Source of the DNA: Tricharina praecox
Lineage: Eukaryota
Direction of reading: 5' to 3'
Assembly (NCBI RefSeq): GCF_024521635.1
Contig: NW_026250404.1
Location: forward strand, 496,001 to 560,000
Length of the DNA: 64,000 bases
The notes beneath the pieces are model-generated. The model saw only the letters and a list, made by a program, of their open reading frames with translations, had not been told where the DNA came from and did no database searches. A program made the translations under genes and the position numbers. This document shows, in pieces, positions 50,755 through 64,000 of this stretch. Each line of letters begins with the position of its first letter. Within the stretch, counting starts at the first letter, position 1.

Positions 50755-51740
50755 GGATCTAGTTAGTGGAGTAGGCAGAAACTTCAAACCCCTATCTATC
50801 GACGGCGCAATATCGGTATTCTAGACTGGCTGAATGGCTGGCTGACTGCGGCTGCCAGTGACGTTCGTGAATATCGGTCACATGTTCCGTGGAAAATGGA
50901 AAGGGGAAAGGTCACGGTACACAAAGTATTTGCAGACAGACAGCAGCAGTAAATTACCATACATTCAGAGCCCGCTGATCTCTACTCCGACGATTACTTT
51001 ACAATACAATTGTGAAGGATACATAGATACAAACACATACAAATGTACAACGAGTACCTAACCGGGAAGTGAAAGATAGGATTATGTAGGCATATAGTTA
51101 CAGAGTGAATGAATAGTCGTGGCTGGTTGGTTGGGTTGAGGCATAAACAAGAAGCAAGCAAGTACCGTGCGTAAAAGAGGCAAAGGAAATAGTCTACCTA
51201 TATGACTTTCTCGCCGGGTCTGTATCATAACCAGACCGTAGACAGACAGACAGGTTCTCCTCCTCCTCCCGCCGCCGCCCAGCGTCTCATTCGTACTTAC
51301 TCACTTGCAAACTCACTTGCAAACCACCAGTCCACCAGTGTAATGATACAACAATAGTAACATCCATCCATCAGATACAGCAATACATCCGAAAATCCTG
51401 CTTCGATTCCGCCCTCCCCCCTCTTTTAAAAGAAATATAGTAGTACTTACTGGCCGTTGGTTGGGCAGAAGGTAACAAACGCAAAAAAGGAAAGGAAAAA
51501 AGGAAAAGAAAAGAAAAGAACAGGAAAAGGAAAAGGAAAAAACGAGAGAGAACGCCTAACACTGCAAAGCACCTTAAAACGAACGACCACAAGGAGGAGT
51601 ACGGATAAACAGAAGCAGGGGGCTTGCATGCGAATTGACTCGATCGCCACGCAGAAGAGAAAGAAAAGAAAAGAAAAACAAAAGGACAAAAGGACGAAAA
51701 CCAAAACACTCATCTCTAAAGAGTCCTTCCTTTTTCTTCC

Positions 51741-54700
51741 TCATGCAAACTCCTCCGGCGTATTACTTCTACTCGATGAAAAGAAATGAAATTGATCGAC
51801 CTTCATTATCCACTCTATCATCTCGCGCTCACTCCGAGCGGCGAAGAGATACGTATTGAGTGGCGCGTATATCGCAAAGATGTGCGGTCGTCTCATCAAC
51901 CTGGCAACCTGTGGCTGGTGGTCTATACGGCAATGGCTCAGGTTGATCGCCATGATCTCTTCGCCGTCGGGAAACGAATGAACGTGCATGTAGGGCCGCC
52001 GCAACTCGAAGTATCGCTTTGTCCAGACTTTGTTTGTTTCGTCGGGGGTCATAAGGTACCCATACTTGAGCAATGAAGTGCTACATGAGAATTGTTAGAT
52101 AGTGCATGTGGTGCGGGGAAGAAGGGTAGATCTTATCCAAACGGACCTCTTGGGTACTTGTCGGACTTCGGCAATCAGTCTTGGAGGCTGCGATTCAGTG
52201 GACGCAAAACACGCTCCATTGTGTGGGGGTTCCGTGTTCTCTTTCACTAGGATTGACTATCGGGTGTGGTCAGCCGTGAATCCAGAAAACGGGCCGCGAA
52301 ACAAACAGGAACTTACCTCGCTAGGATCTTTCCAAGACGACCAGAGGCCTACAAATTTTCGCAAGACTTCCATTTGTGGATCATCGGGTTGAGCCCCAGA
52401 CCCAGTCTGTTGATCTTCGGGCTGATCGTCCGGCAGATCAGTTGGTTGATCCTCGGATTGTACCGTAGGCGGCTCCCGCTCCTCTAACGGCACCTCTGGC
52501 ACCGACGCCGGTGTCTCGGGCTGGTAAGCGGCGTCATGTGGAGGGATGCCTGGTGGTGCCTCCACGTATTCGCCGGCCTCATTAGTACTGAGCAGGAGCT
52601 CCGCAGGAGGACTAGGTGGTGCTATTGGCTCATCCTTCCGCTCGCCCAGTATCTTGCCGTTCTCCTTATTACCCAATACTCTGCCCACGACTCGGATAGG
52701 ATGCTGTTCTGGCGTGGGTTCCCGTGCAGTTGGCGTGACATTCCTTGTGACTGGGAGGCTTCTGAGAAAACCTTTGGCATTCTCTACTTCGGCCACTCTC
52801 GTCCTCCTCTTTTTCGCCGATATGAAATCCCGCACCAAGCTTACACTCCGCGGGGTCCACCCTGCAAGGTATTCCTCGCCCTTGACATACCTGTGCAGCG
52901 TATTCATCCGCCATAGGTCACCTGCCCGCCGGGCTGCTGCGGGCCTGATCACGAGCTGATATAGCCCCACGCTAGCATGGACTATCCTGTTGTTATTCCA
53001 TAGCTGCATGAACATATTTGGGCTGCGCAGCAGTCTGGGTTGGATTTGCGCCGCGATATCCAAGGAAAACAGGATCGGTTCGGATAACCGCTCAGAAACC
53101 ACGTTCCACCGCAGGCACATCTGCACTCGGTATTTGTCGGCCGTTGTGCGGTCTAGAAGTATCGAATTGTGAAGACTGGAGTCCCACTGGGCGACGATGG
53201 TTACAGTACTTGTGCCATCCGCGTTCGTCTTTACGACTGGTCCCAGAATCGTGCTTAGCCGAACTTCCTTGGTTGGCGACGAGAGGTCGGGCATCTTGCC
53301 CCGCGGGTCCAGTAAGCGAACCGAGCCAATACGGATGTCCGCCACATCTCGCCACTGAAGGGCCTCGCCGGAGCTGTGCGTTAGGCTCAATTGAAGCCGT
53401 CTTTGCAGTCCTTGATGCAATTGGAACGCCCCTGAGTCGATCTCGGTGTGCTGTACTACCTCCACGGGAAGGTACTCGCCCGATTCCGAGAGTTCCAACA
53501 GCTGCACACGCGCAAATACGTCGTGCCGCTCTTCGGTGTAAAATTCAGTCTCATTCAGTCTCGCACTCTTTTTCCGAGGGGCCACTGGATTGCTGTGGTC
53601 GCGCATGTCATCCCAGCTGATCAGCTTCTCGAGGTGCATCGCGGTGATCTTGGCAAAAATGGCAACGCGCAACGATGCATTCCGAAGGGGGCCTCCTAGG
53701 GGCATGCCCATGGTGTGGACACTGTCGAATCGTATTGGCCCTTCATCGAAATCGGAAACCATCGTTGTGGTCGTTGCGCCGCTTTCATCAGAGACTCCAG
53801 GAATAAACATCTGAGCATGAACCTGCGTTCCCTCACGCTCAGCGAAGCCAATCATGTCCCGCATGATGACGTTGAATTTCAATGTCGACCGAGTCTCGAC
53901 TTCAGATGGCTCGATGGTCAGTTTCACGATGCCCACCACGCTCTGTGTATGTGGCGACGTGATATCGAGCGCAAAATCCTGCGAACGCGATTCAAATATG
54001 GCAGCCAGAGGAACGTCCACGTCTCCCACCAGAGAGTATTGCGGCAGGATTGGCTCGGTGAACGGATCGCCCAGTCGGAAATGCTGCCACCGTATATATT
54101 AGTTTCACCGACCAATCAGCGGCGGAGGAATATGTACCTGCAGATACTCGGGCCGGTCCAAATACTGATAGATCTGTCGCATTTGACGGACACGATTCTG
54201 AAGTTTCTCTAGCGACCAGAGATGAACCACACCTGCGTGAAAGTCCATGACTCGTACGCCAACACATGGCTTTTTGGTCATCTCCAGGAATTCATCGTCG
54301 TCTCCCGATACCCCGTTGAGAACAAGATCGTAGCTAGATTGTAACGTGTGGCCTTCATCGACGATCGTAAATTGGAAAACAACCATTTTTTCCATCTCCT
54401 GGCTCATGATCTGTGCTTCTTTCAGCGTTGCGGCGTGTTGTAGGATCGACTCTGCCATGCGAACGTATCTTCTTTGTTTCCAGTGTTCGATGACGAATTT
54501 AGCAAGACTCGTTTCCCGGTCGGTGAGCTTCTTCTCCGGATCGGCTTTCTTGGGTGAAAGCGTTATCTCTTCAAGTCGGTTCTCAAACTCCTGCCGTTGC
54601 CTTTCCAATTCCTTCTGCATCTCGGCACGGGCAGAGTCCAGTTGTTCTTGCATCTTCTGCTTCTCAATCTCAATCTCTTTGACTTCCATGCCTCCAGCCG

Positions 54701-57344
54701 CCTTCAGCTTCTCTTGGTACTCTTCTTTTTGTTGTTCGAGTTGGCCTTGCATCTCTTCTTTGATCAACCGGAGTCTTTCTTCGACCTCCCCTAGTTGCGG
54801 TGTACCTGGCATAGTAATCATGGTGTCCAGCGAAAGATCATCGGCTAGCGTAGCAGTTGAAGCGTACTTGTCCCGGACAACAAATGACACCATGGACTCT
54901 GTCTCGTCATCGTCCAGTCGGCTATCAGGCCTCCCCTTGCGGATCGCTTTAACACGTTGCATCTCTTCCAAGAGGTTATCCAATTCGTCATCGGTTAAGG
55001 ACTTGATCTTGGAACTGTCCCCAAGCCACGCCGTAGCAGCCTCCCGCCTAGCGAATGACCACTCCATGTCACGACTGTTTGGCACCGCCGCCGGGGATTC
55101 GGGCCTGCTGCTGACGCTCTCCGTATCGAATCGCTCCATCATGTCTGAAGTGACCCCACTACTAGGCGTATGCTTGTGCTCCGGAGATTGTGGCAGGGAG
55201 GCCGAGTTTGCGGCCGCAGACTGTCGCAAACGGTCACGCTCCGCACGGGCTTCCTGGGGGTGGTTGAAACGGAATATGTGGAAGTCTCCTAGTATAATCC
55301 GGAAACCCGTCCTTAGGCGTCGTGGTTTCTCGATTCGTAGACCGTTCACCATTACTGCTGCGCCCTCATTGGGTACCAGCGTGACTATCCCATTGTCGTT
55401 TTCAAAGCGACAATGGTCCTGTAGAATCTTCGAACCGTTGAGTCGTATCTGCGCCGTCGTCGATGTCTCAAGGTTGCCAACTTGAGTTGTTCCAGGCTTG
55501 ATGTTGTAAACCAGACACTCTGCCAGCAACGGGTCGTCGCTCAAGTTAACCAGATGCGGCATCTTCTTCGGCGTTGAAAGACCAATAAAGCCCCTTTCGA
55601 TGCTGATACCAAGTTCCTCGAGAGCAGATTCACGTTCCTTGTGGACCTGCTGCGTCTTTTCCAGCCTTTCCTCCCAGGTTTGGTTGAGGTCCGTAAGAAT
55701 CTTCTCGGATTGTTCCAGCTGTTCGGCAATTTCCGCCTTGGAAACCTTCTTGACTTCTCCGGTAGCTGTGGTGATCGTGACCATCTGCTTCTCCGGCGGT
55801 GTGTCGGGGGCGTAAACTTCATCGTCAACACCAGTACCGGTTGAGAGCTTGGATCGTAGGTGTTGTAGTTCTTCCTTGAGCTCACGGATCATGCGAGCAT
55901 TCGGATCCTCATTGACAACAGCATGGTTCTTAATACGCTTAGCCGAGTCGGCGTATCGTAAGGTTGACAGAGTCTCATCGAAGTTGATATCGGCGGGGGA
56001 GATTGCAGCAATCATGGCAGTCATGCTATTACCACCCAAGGAATCCTTCAGCAGCCAGGTTAAGACGGAGTCTCGGTAGGGGACCTGGGTGGCCTTCTTC
56101 TTCGCGGTCTTTCCCGTTGACACATCCGCCAGTGCCGCAATAACACGACCAAGGGTTGAAAGAGATCTGTTGATTTCCGCGCCCTCCTTTAATCGTGCTC
56201 CGGTTGCTCCGGTGGACGTGGCTCTTTCGGAACCCGCAAGATCGACCAGACTGATCCGGGAGACTTTCTCGGTTTCCATGTTGGTCTCGACGTCATGCCG
56301 CTTTTGTGTTAGAATGAGAGTAAAAACTGCGTGCGATCTCGACGAGGTCTCGTTCATGTTGGTGGCTGCAACAGTTCTGGCCTTGTTGCCTTCGTCCATG
56401 AGGTTTTCAATCTCAGCGAATGTCCCTACTACCAACTTTGCCAGATCTTCTACATAAGGCCCCGTTGACGGATGTTCTCGGACTTTTAGGCCGGCTTTAG
56501 TAGAGGGATTGAGGAGATCGCGAACTCGCTCTAAAGGCGCCATCAGCACGTGCTAAAGCTGCGGATGTGTGTGCGAATATAAAAGTACCATTGTAGATTT
56601 CGAGATATGAGACTTCAACCGTACACTTGAGATGTGGATCAGTTTGCAACGCATTTCTAATTCGATCTTAATTTCCAGTTCTCTGTTAGGGCCGGAGTGA
56701 ACCCACATTCGTTCGAACATGTACTGGCAAATCTTGGGAATAACGCCATGTTCTTCGCCGTATCCCATCTACATGCCCACGTCCTGTCAGCTCCAAGCTA
56801 CCAACGTTTGTTCTACGGGGGAAATGATTTCCGACCATCGAGTATGATTTTCCGGAACCCGTCTGTCCATACGCAAAGATGCAGTTGTTGTATCCTCCGA
56901 AGGCGTTATCGAGTAATGGCTCTCCCAAATCCTGGTAGAGATCATTCTGGCCCGCTGTGTTTCGCCGTAATATGTCAGCCTCCTCACCTCTGTCTCCATC
57001 GTTACGGCCTCGACTTCCGGGTCACACACCGTACGTCGAGTCGTTCTTCGAGAAACTCCAATAACTTTTGTCAAAGTTGAAGACCTTAGGCCCCTGGTCC
57101 TTGGCGCCTCCTCCTTTCCCGGCCTTCTCGGAGCCCGGAGGAGGCACAAGGACCGTCTGCGTGCCTTTCATCTGCACGATAAGTTTGGCCCCTCGTTCCT
57201 TCTCTGTTGCGTCACACGGTAATACAATATTAGCCCAGGGAGGTTTCGTCAAGGGGCGAGCGAGCTTCCAGCAGCATCACGTTCCGTACCTCTGCTGTTG
57301 AAGGGCCGCACCCTCACAACAACTTTGATGTTTCCCCCGGACAT
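51741..57344 (-). CDS. unc104: Kinesin-3 (Unc104/KIF1A/UncA-like) motor
   Basis: [19 protein letters not shown]..., P-loop [19 protein letters not shown] and DLAGSER. It also has an FHA region ([18 protein letters not shown]...FRFNHP), a DUF3694-like region and a C-terminal PH domain (KYGYLMTP...WTKRYF...EWIMKVD). About 8 introns were traced. Confidence 0.95.
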
Positions 57345-58471
57345 GGCTGCTACAGCGCTGTCGCGCAGGCACCTCCGTTGCTCTCACAACTCCTTCTGCT
57401 TCCTTCCCCGAAGCCGTATGTAGAGCGCGCAGTTGTTCCGGAGAGCCGGTGGGCGAGCTGTGACCAATACCGCAGGCGGCGATCTATGTCTTGGACAGGT
57501 GTTCCGTCAAGGAGGAGGTAGGTATTTCGAGGGGCGCTCTGGCACGAAGGTACGCGGCGAGAGGAAAATGGTGTCCGGACTCGTCCGTACGTCGTTCGTC
57601 AATGGTCTATAGGTGAGGTCGCGTTAAGGTGGACGGTGTGTGGATGGGACGGACGTGCGTGGGAGTGCGTGGGGCCGTGGGAGATGAGCTGCGCAGAGAA
57701 GACGGTGGAAGGCGAGGCTGTTCACGTGATTAATCGCGAGGCTGTTGGCCGTAGGGGATTAATAGGATTCTATCTGTGGTGAGCGGGGCTTATTGAGTGA
57801 GATATCCGACGTGAGGGGGCGTTTGGATGGGCTACCAGCTGCTGCGTACAGAGAGGGAATCGGAGATGTCAGGTTGTGGAAGCGGCTAGACAACATCGTT
57901 TCGAGATGCGCAGGGGATGAGATTCGCCAGGCAAAGATTCACTTCAGGCACGCAAAGACCCTGTCCACTGTCGTGCAAATAATTCGCCAGCAGGCGGATA
58001 CCTGACGCAGTGCTCCAGCTTCGGTATTTATTGCTCTGAATATCAAGCTTAAGCTTCAATAACTGCGGAGTATTTAGTGGCGAGACAGTTTCCATTGTAA
58101 GGAGCAAAGGAGCTTCTACAGCTCCACTTCCATGTGATCATGACGACGGATTGATAATGGGGCTCGAGTGCGATGGCATGGGCCCAAAGTAATTGTCATA
58201 CATCACGAATGTGCGGCTTCCCGGTTGCCGTTGCCCAGAGGGCTTGGCCGATCAGAAGGTATCGTGAATTCAAAAAACCGTGCGGAACAAATACAAAACA
58301 CAAAACGACCAAATCCACATGCTTCCCAAGCAACGCATAACAAGTCAGACGAAAGATAGCTCCGAACCCATATCAACAGCAAACCCATACAGCCCAATAC
58401 CAAAAAATATGCAACTAAGAAGACCAAAGCCCGCAGTCGGTGTCCAATATGGCCTGGAGATCATTGCCCGC

Positions 58472-59562
58472 TCACTTTCTGGATCTCAACACCCTCCCTG
58501 TTGCTACCTTACCAGTTGTCTCGGTCTTTACACCCGCCACGCGGTTCTCCTTCAAGCTTCCATTACTTCCCGTATTACCTCCTCCGCCCCTCTTTAACCC
58601 CTTAGCCTCCGGGGCGGCGATAGCAGCGGCAGCCTTAGCCTTCGAACTTTTTGTACCCCTCATTCCAGATGCTTGTGTACCCGCCGTTTCTATCGATGAT
58701 CGGGTAGAGACACGTGATGTTGGTCTCGAGTTGGATGCGTTGGTTGGCGCAGCTGCTTTACGCGCTCGCGTCGGCCCTTTGGAGGACGCCTTCGCGGGCG
58801 AGCCTTGGCGTGTTGGCGACCTCTGAGGTGAGGAGGATCGCGGTGGAGAAGACAATGAAGGTTGCATAGGTTGCAGGTTTGGCTTGGTAGATAGGGGATT
58901 GTTGCTGGAAACCAGAGCCGGGAGCGGCGGCGGCGGCATACGTTCCCGTGCTGGGGAAACAGCCGGTTTGGATGGACTCCTCTTCGATACTATCAAGCGC
59001 TCTTTCTCTGGTGCCCCGCGACTGCACTGGTGGTTAGAAACCCGTTGAACCCCACATGGCAGCTAGAAAACCAACCTCAGGCTCCGAACTTCCTCTACGA
59101 ACTCCTTTGCGCTGATAGAAGCGACCATGGGATTTGCCACATCCCGCCCCTCCGCCTGGGCCAACATTTCTGCCATGGTCACCTTCCACAGCTTCTTCGG
59201 GATACGGGTGATGCGCATCTCTATCCGCTGTTTGAGCGCCCGAGATTGCTGGTTTACTTGAGAACGCAGCTTTCGAGATCGTTCATTCACTGTGCTCAAA
59301 CACGTTAGCGCACCGCCTCATCACTTGGGTGGAAAAACGTACACTCCACCTCCAGGTTGTCGAGAAGCCCCTGTTTCTGGCTTTTGGTAATTCTGCCATC
59401 ATTGACGCGTCGAAACGGGGTTTTTGGCGTGAAAACAGCGTCCTTTAGGGGAGGCATTCGCGGTGTTTCTGCTGTCGCCATCGCTGTGCGCGCCGGAGCG
59501 GGGCTGTTGGCGTCGGCGACCGACGAGGCGCGTTTCATTCGTCGAAGAGGAGGAGGTGCCAT
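58472..59562 (-). CDS. nbl1: Borealin/Nbl1 N-terminal-domain protein (chromosomal passenger complex)
   Basis: ...ITKSQKQGLLDNLEVE|LNERSRKLRSQ...LKQRIEMRITRIPKKLWKVTMAEML resembles the Nbl1_Borealin_N helix. Introns are 59290-59342 and 59022-59075, followed by a basic S/P-rich tail. Confidence 0.75.
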
Positions 59563-59989
59563 CTGTGTATGCGAGGTGTTGTGTACGAGCGGCGAGTCCA
59601 AAATTTGGGAGTTGGCAGTGAGCAAGTATGAAGGTAAATTGTTTTGGTCGAATCAGAGGTAAACAAAGCTGCCGAGGGCGACTGGCTCGGCGCGCGGCTC
59701 TGAGAGAGAGGAGCGATCGCTTAGGCTAACTAAGCAAGCACACTCGATTACCGGGTAACTTCCCCCCACGATCTGTTGCAACAGCTTGTCTTCCTGTGTT
59801 GGTGGGTTCCGCGAGTTAGCCTCTACAGCTCTAGGAGGACCGCCAACATCACCATCTCTGCCATCAAGCATCAACATCGCCATCAACCATCACCGCCACC
59901 TTAAATTCGATATCAACCACCTACCCGCCGACGAATCCGACCTTCTTTCTACCAACATATCCAGCTAAAACCGCCACACACCGCCCAAC

Positions 59990-61046
59990 ATGGTGCTGGA
60001 AGCTACTATGATAGTGTTTGTCTATCCCACCCCACTGCTCTTCAGAGGCTAACAGCCGGCAGTGTCGACAATAGCGAGAGTAGTCGGAATGGAGACTACA
60101 CGTAAGATTTCACCGTAGCCGCCTATATCGATCGTTTCTAACCCGAATCTCTTCAGACCGACCCGCTTTGAAGCTCAGGCCGATGCCGTCTCGCTCCTCT
60201 ACTCGGCAAAGACTCAAGCCAACCCCGAGTCATCGGTCGGATTGATGACGATGGGTGGAAAGGGTCCGGAGGTGCTGGTGACTCTGACGACGGACTACGG
60301 CAAGATTCTGAGTGGATTGCACGAGACAAAGATCAAGGGAGAGGCCCACCTAGCTACGGGTATCCAGGTCGCTGGTGTAAGTGTTCCCGGGGCATAGCGG
60401 TGACGGTGCAGCAATGTACTCACTGTGCTTGTGGTCCTAGCTCGCTTTGAAGCACCGTCAGAACAAGTCCCAGCGACAGCGGATCGTTGTTTTCGTTGGA
60501 TCGCCGATCGCCGAAGATGAGAAGTCCCTGGTCAAGCTCGCAAAGAAGATGAAGAAGAACAATGTCGCCGTCGACTTCGTCAACTTCGGAGAGGTCGAGA
60601 CCGACAACACGCAGAAGCTCCAGGCGTTCATCGAAGCCATCAACTCGTCCGACAACTCACATCTCGTCACGATCCCTCCCGGAAACCACCTCCTGTCCGA
60701 CCGTCTGATTGCTACGCCCATCATGGGTGAAACTGGGTCGTCTGAGGGTGGTACTGGTGCTGGCGAGAGTGGCGAGGGCTCGGGTGGATTCGAGTTCGGA
60801 TTCGATCCCAATCTAGATCCCGAGCTGGCAATGGCCCTACGGATGTCCATGGAGGATGAGAAGGCACGTGTTGCTCGTGCCGAGAAGGAAAAGGAAGAAA
60901 AGGAGAAGAAGGATGCTGGCGAAGGCCCCAGCAACTTGGAGAGCGTCAAGGAAGAGGATGAGAACACCCCTTTACTAAAGGACGACCAGAAGGACAAGGA
61001 CAAGAAAGACGACGATGCCCCCGGCGATAAAATGGACACTGCGTAG
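59990..61046 (+). CDS. RPN10: 26S proteasome ubiquitin receptor Rpn10 (vWA plus UIM)
   Basis: [32 protein letters not shown]... with introns 60016-60062, 60102-60156 and 60377-60440. It contains LKHRQNKSQRQRIVVFVGSP and the UIM DPELAMALRMSMEDE. Confidence 0.97.
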
Positions 61047-61407
61047 TAGCATAGTGTTTTGTTTTGCTTGCTTGCAGTTTGCGGAAAGCATGTCTGGGGC
61101 AAAGCAATCTTGGGGGGCAGGGGAGGCTTTCACCCTGTACGATTACTTTGAATTTCATGATGCGATGCAACGTGTGGACTTTGTGTAATGGTGATAATTC
61201 CCGTACCAGTATCGACACACTTCAATTACTCTAAGCGCACTTGTGACAGCAACTGTGAACAATGAAACTCCATAACTCCACTCTAGGCATCAAACAACAG
61301 GTATAGCCCGCAAAAAAGACCTCCAAATCAATCGTGAATCGCAATTGTCCGCGACTCCGTCGTCTCTCCCTCTCCCTCCCGCACCGACTCTCCATCGAAT
61401 CCACCCA

Positions 61408-61862
61408 CTACTGCTTCGGTTTTATGTACGCAGCAAGATGCCTATCGAATGACTCGCACCGGATCGGCATCTCGATCTGATAAAACGGATTCTTCATCAC
61501 GAAGTCTGCGTAGAGTTCATAGACCCTCCGACAGATGACATCGATATTGGGTTGATGCGGTTCAGCGAATATCAAGAATTTTGTTCCTATTTCCCATCAG
61601 CGCTCTCCCTTCCCTCATCGCTTATCCACGTACCAGTGAGTGTTTGAAAACACTGCATCCGGAACTGCTCGCTCTCGAGGACCTCTAGTCCACCGGATCC
61701 GGGCACAGGCGATATGCGCGAAGTGATGGCGTGTACACCGTGGAAGGTACCTGCCAACACGAGGTAATCATTCGATGAGAGCTTGTTCAGGCCTTCGTTG
61801 AAGTCGCGCTGGTAGATCAATCCGCCGGCTTTGTTGAGGATCAGGATGGAGAGGATCACCAT
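61408..61862 (-). CDS. TRS23: TRAPP complex subunit Trs23/TRAPPC4 (sybindin family)
   Basis: ILNKAGGLIYQ, SSNDYLVLAGTFHGVHAI, FQTLTG|TKFL (intron 61587-61633) and YADFVMKNPFYQIEMPIRCESFD. Confidence 0.93.
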
Positions 61863-63002
61863 TGCGGGCGTCGTGCGTGGAGTCGTGGGGTCGTGAAGAG
61901 GGCGGCGGTGGTGATGGGGGGCGGGCGTCTGGTGGTGGGTTGCAGCTGGAACGTAGGTTTAGAGGTGGTAGATCGACGGTAAGGTTGGTATCACAACGGC
62001 CTCATCCTTCACAACCAACCACCACTAGCTACCACCGGAGCAAAGCTGCATCGCGAAACCTATCACCGTTCCTTTCTACGACAGATTCTGTGTTTGTTTG
62101 AAAACAAATATGGAGGTACACAGGCTGCTCAATATACGTCCTGCTACTGGCACTTACCGTGCCAAGAATCAAGCAGCTACAGAGCTCGGAATTATTGGCG
62201 CAGAACTCCGGCACGCCAAAAGACACCTTTATGAGACAGGGCCGATATCCGACATCTCGGAGAATAGAAAGAAGAGCAGCCATCACATCTCCTCACTCGG
62301 GCACGTGAACTGGCGTCCCAGTTCACGGCTTGATTACCACACCGAAACGTCCGAGTCTCAGGAGATGTTATGTACCATGAGCCTCGGTTGGGCGTCACTG
62401 CATCAGTGTTTCGATCATAACCCGCCTCTATTTCTGTCAAAGGCCGTCATGCCTTACTCCGGTCGAAACGCGACCGGAGAGTTGACAAAGAAAGTGGCTG
62501 CGCCTGCCCAGCATCCGGCATCGGAATTGGCCACATACCTAGGCAGGTACAAAGTGGCGAGAAGAATGAACAGAACACCTTCGAAACTGAGCTCACTCAT
62601 GCCCGAGAATCAGAAGTAGTGGCCGGATGACGGCCCACAATCGTCCCATCACCAAAACTACACATTCTCTCCTTTCCGCGGACTCTCCGTCATACCGGTA
62701 CCCATCTGGACACGTTTCGATCATACCGATCGCTTCCTTTCCGCCCCTCGGAGTTGATATATAATCCATCGAGTTTCTAGTGATTAAAGTACCTAGTGGG
62801 AATGAGCTTTTCTATCTAACACGCACCGCCGACACCACACGACTCAAGAACTCAAGCCGCAAGGTGTCCTCATCACTGCGCAATAATCACAATCAACCCA
62901 CGCTACTTTACTCGCATTATATCATCATCGCGATTCCCGACAGCGCCAGCAAGAAAGTGCAAAAGAAAGAGAGCGCGAGAGAAAACCGGAGACACATCAA
63001 CC

Positions 63003-64000
63003 ATGCGGATACCAGAGCGCTCATTGCTCACGACCGGTTTGGCGTTGCTGGCCATCGCCGCGGTACCAGCTATTACGACTACAAGTAGCATTTGCAGTGT
63101 TCGTTTGCCTTTCCCCCATCCCTTTCCATGTCCCTCATCGCAAACAAATATTTATGCGTGTGTTGTGTGTGTGTATGGTCCGTGCTGACTGTGCATCGCC
63201 TTTACCTTTCATAGAACGAACCAACCGAATTCATTCCCGATGGCTGCGCCACCTACGGCAATCTCGAAGAGCTCAATAAAGTCGTTCAGCCGTTAGTCCA
63301 GGACATCACGCATGGCACCGATTACTTCAGCTACTACCGGCTTGACCTCTACGGCCGCACGTGTCCGTTTTGGCCCGATAACGAAGGCATATGTGCGAAC
63401 ATCGCGTGCGCCGTGAATACGATCGATAACGAGGAGGATATTCCGCCAATTTGGCGCGCGGAGGAGCTGGGGAAGCTCGCGGGGCCAAAAGCGAAGCATC
63501 CGGCTAACAACCGGAAGGCGACGGAGAGTCCGCTGGGTGGACAGCTGGGTGAGGATACCGAGGAGAGTTGTGTTGTCGAAGAGGACGAGTGCGACGAGAG
63601 GGACTACTGTGTTCCTGAGGATGAGACCGGGAGCAACGGCGACTATGTCAGTCTTGTGGACAATCCTGAGCGGTTCACAGGGTATGCGGGTGCTGGCGCG
63701 GACAACGTATGGAAGTCGATCTACCGCGAGAACTGTTTTTCGAAACCACAGTCGGCCGGCGAGGAGGGCATCAGTCAGGCAAAGCAGGACTTCGTCGATG
63801 TCATGCAGGACAAGCTCACACACGAGCTCCGCGGCAAGGACGGTCAGGCTGCTCTTAAGGATATCGAAGTCGACGATGAGTGCCTCGAGAAGCGTGTTTT
63901 CTACAGGGTGATCTCGGGCATGCACTCCAGCATCTCCGTTCACCTCTGCTGGGACTACCTGAACCAGACCACCGGCCTGTGGAGTCCCAATCTCGACTGC
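63003..64000 (+). CDS. ERO1: ER oxidoreductin Ero1; 3' end lies outside the window
   Basis: A signal peptide is followed by intron 63099-63214. Motifs: TDYFSYYRLDLY...CPFW, outer active site CANIAC, YVSLVDNPERFTGY, WKSIYRENCF and CLEKRVFYRVISGMHSSISVHLC. Confidence 0.96.

Noticed and set aside
59890..59900. GGTGGCG as an Rpn4/PACE site before RPN10
   Set aside because: It matches only part of GGTGGCAAA, in a CCA-rich UTR-like tract where it is expected by chance.

Overview
Eukaryotic DNA from a filamentous ascomycete. It has short GT-AG introns with CTRAC/CTAAC branch points, and the gene set is consistent with Pezizomycotina (Pezizomycetes is a guess). I reconstructed 14 spliced protein-coding genes by hand: RCY1 (5'-truncated), CCT2, MSH4, YJU2, velB, an unannotated 95-aa orphan, TRM5, UPS2, a bZIP factor with a putative membrane anchor, a ZC3H3/Red5-like CCCH protein, kinesin-3, Borealin/Nbl1, RPN10 and TRS23. 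A 15th, ERO1, runs off the 3' end. Compact housekeeping clusters at both ends flank two ~8-9 kb SSR-rich non-coding regions upstream of the two regulators (velB and the bZIP). The most notable items are the hidden two-exon small gene, the ATF6/CREB3-like bZIP architecture, a ~950-bp TIR-bounded non-autonomous DNA transposon with AACTG subterminal repeats, and a dispersed GTACTCTAC/GTAGAGTAC motif that repeatedly forms short inverted pairs. I recognised no tRNA, rRNA, CRISPR array or transposase. Most ORF-track entries are antisense shadows or microsatellite translations. All calls were made by eye, with no database searches.
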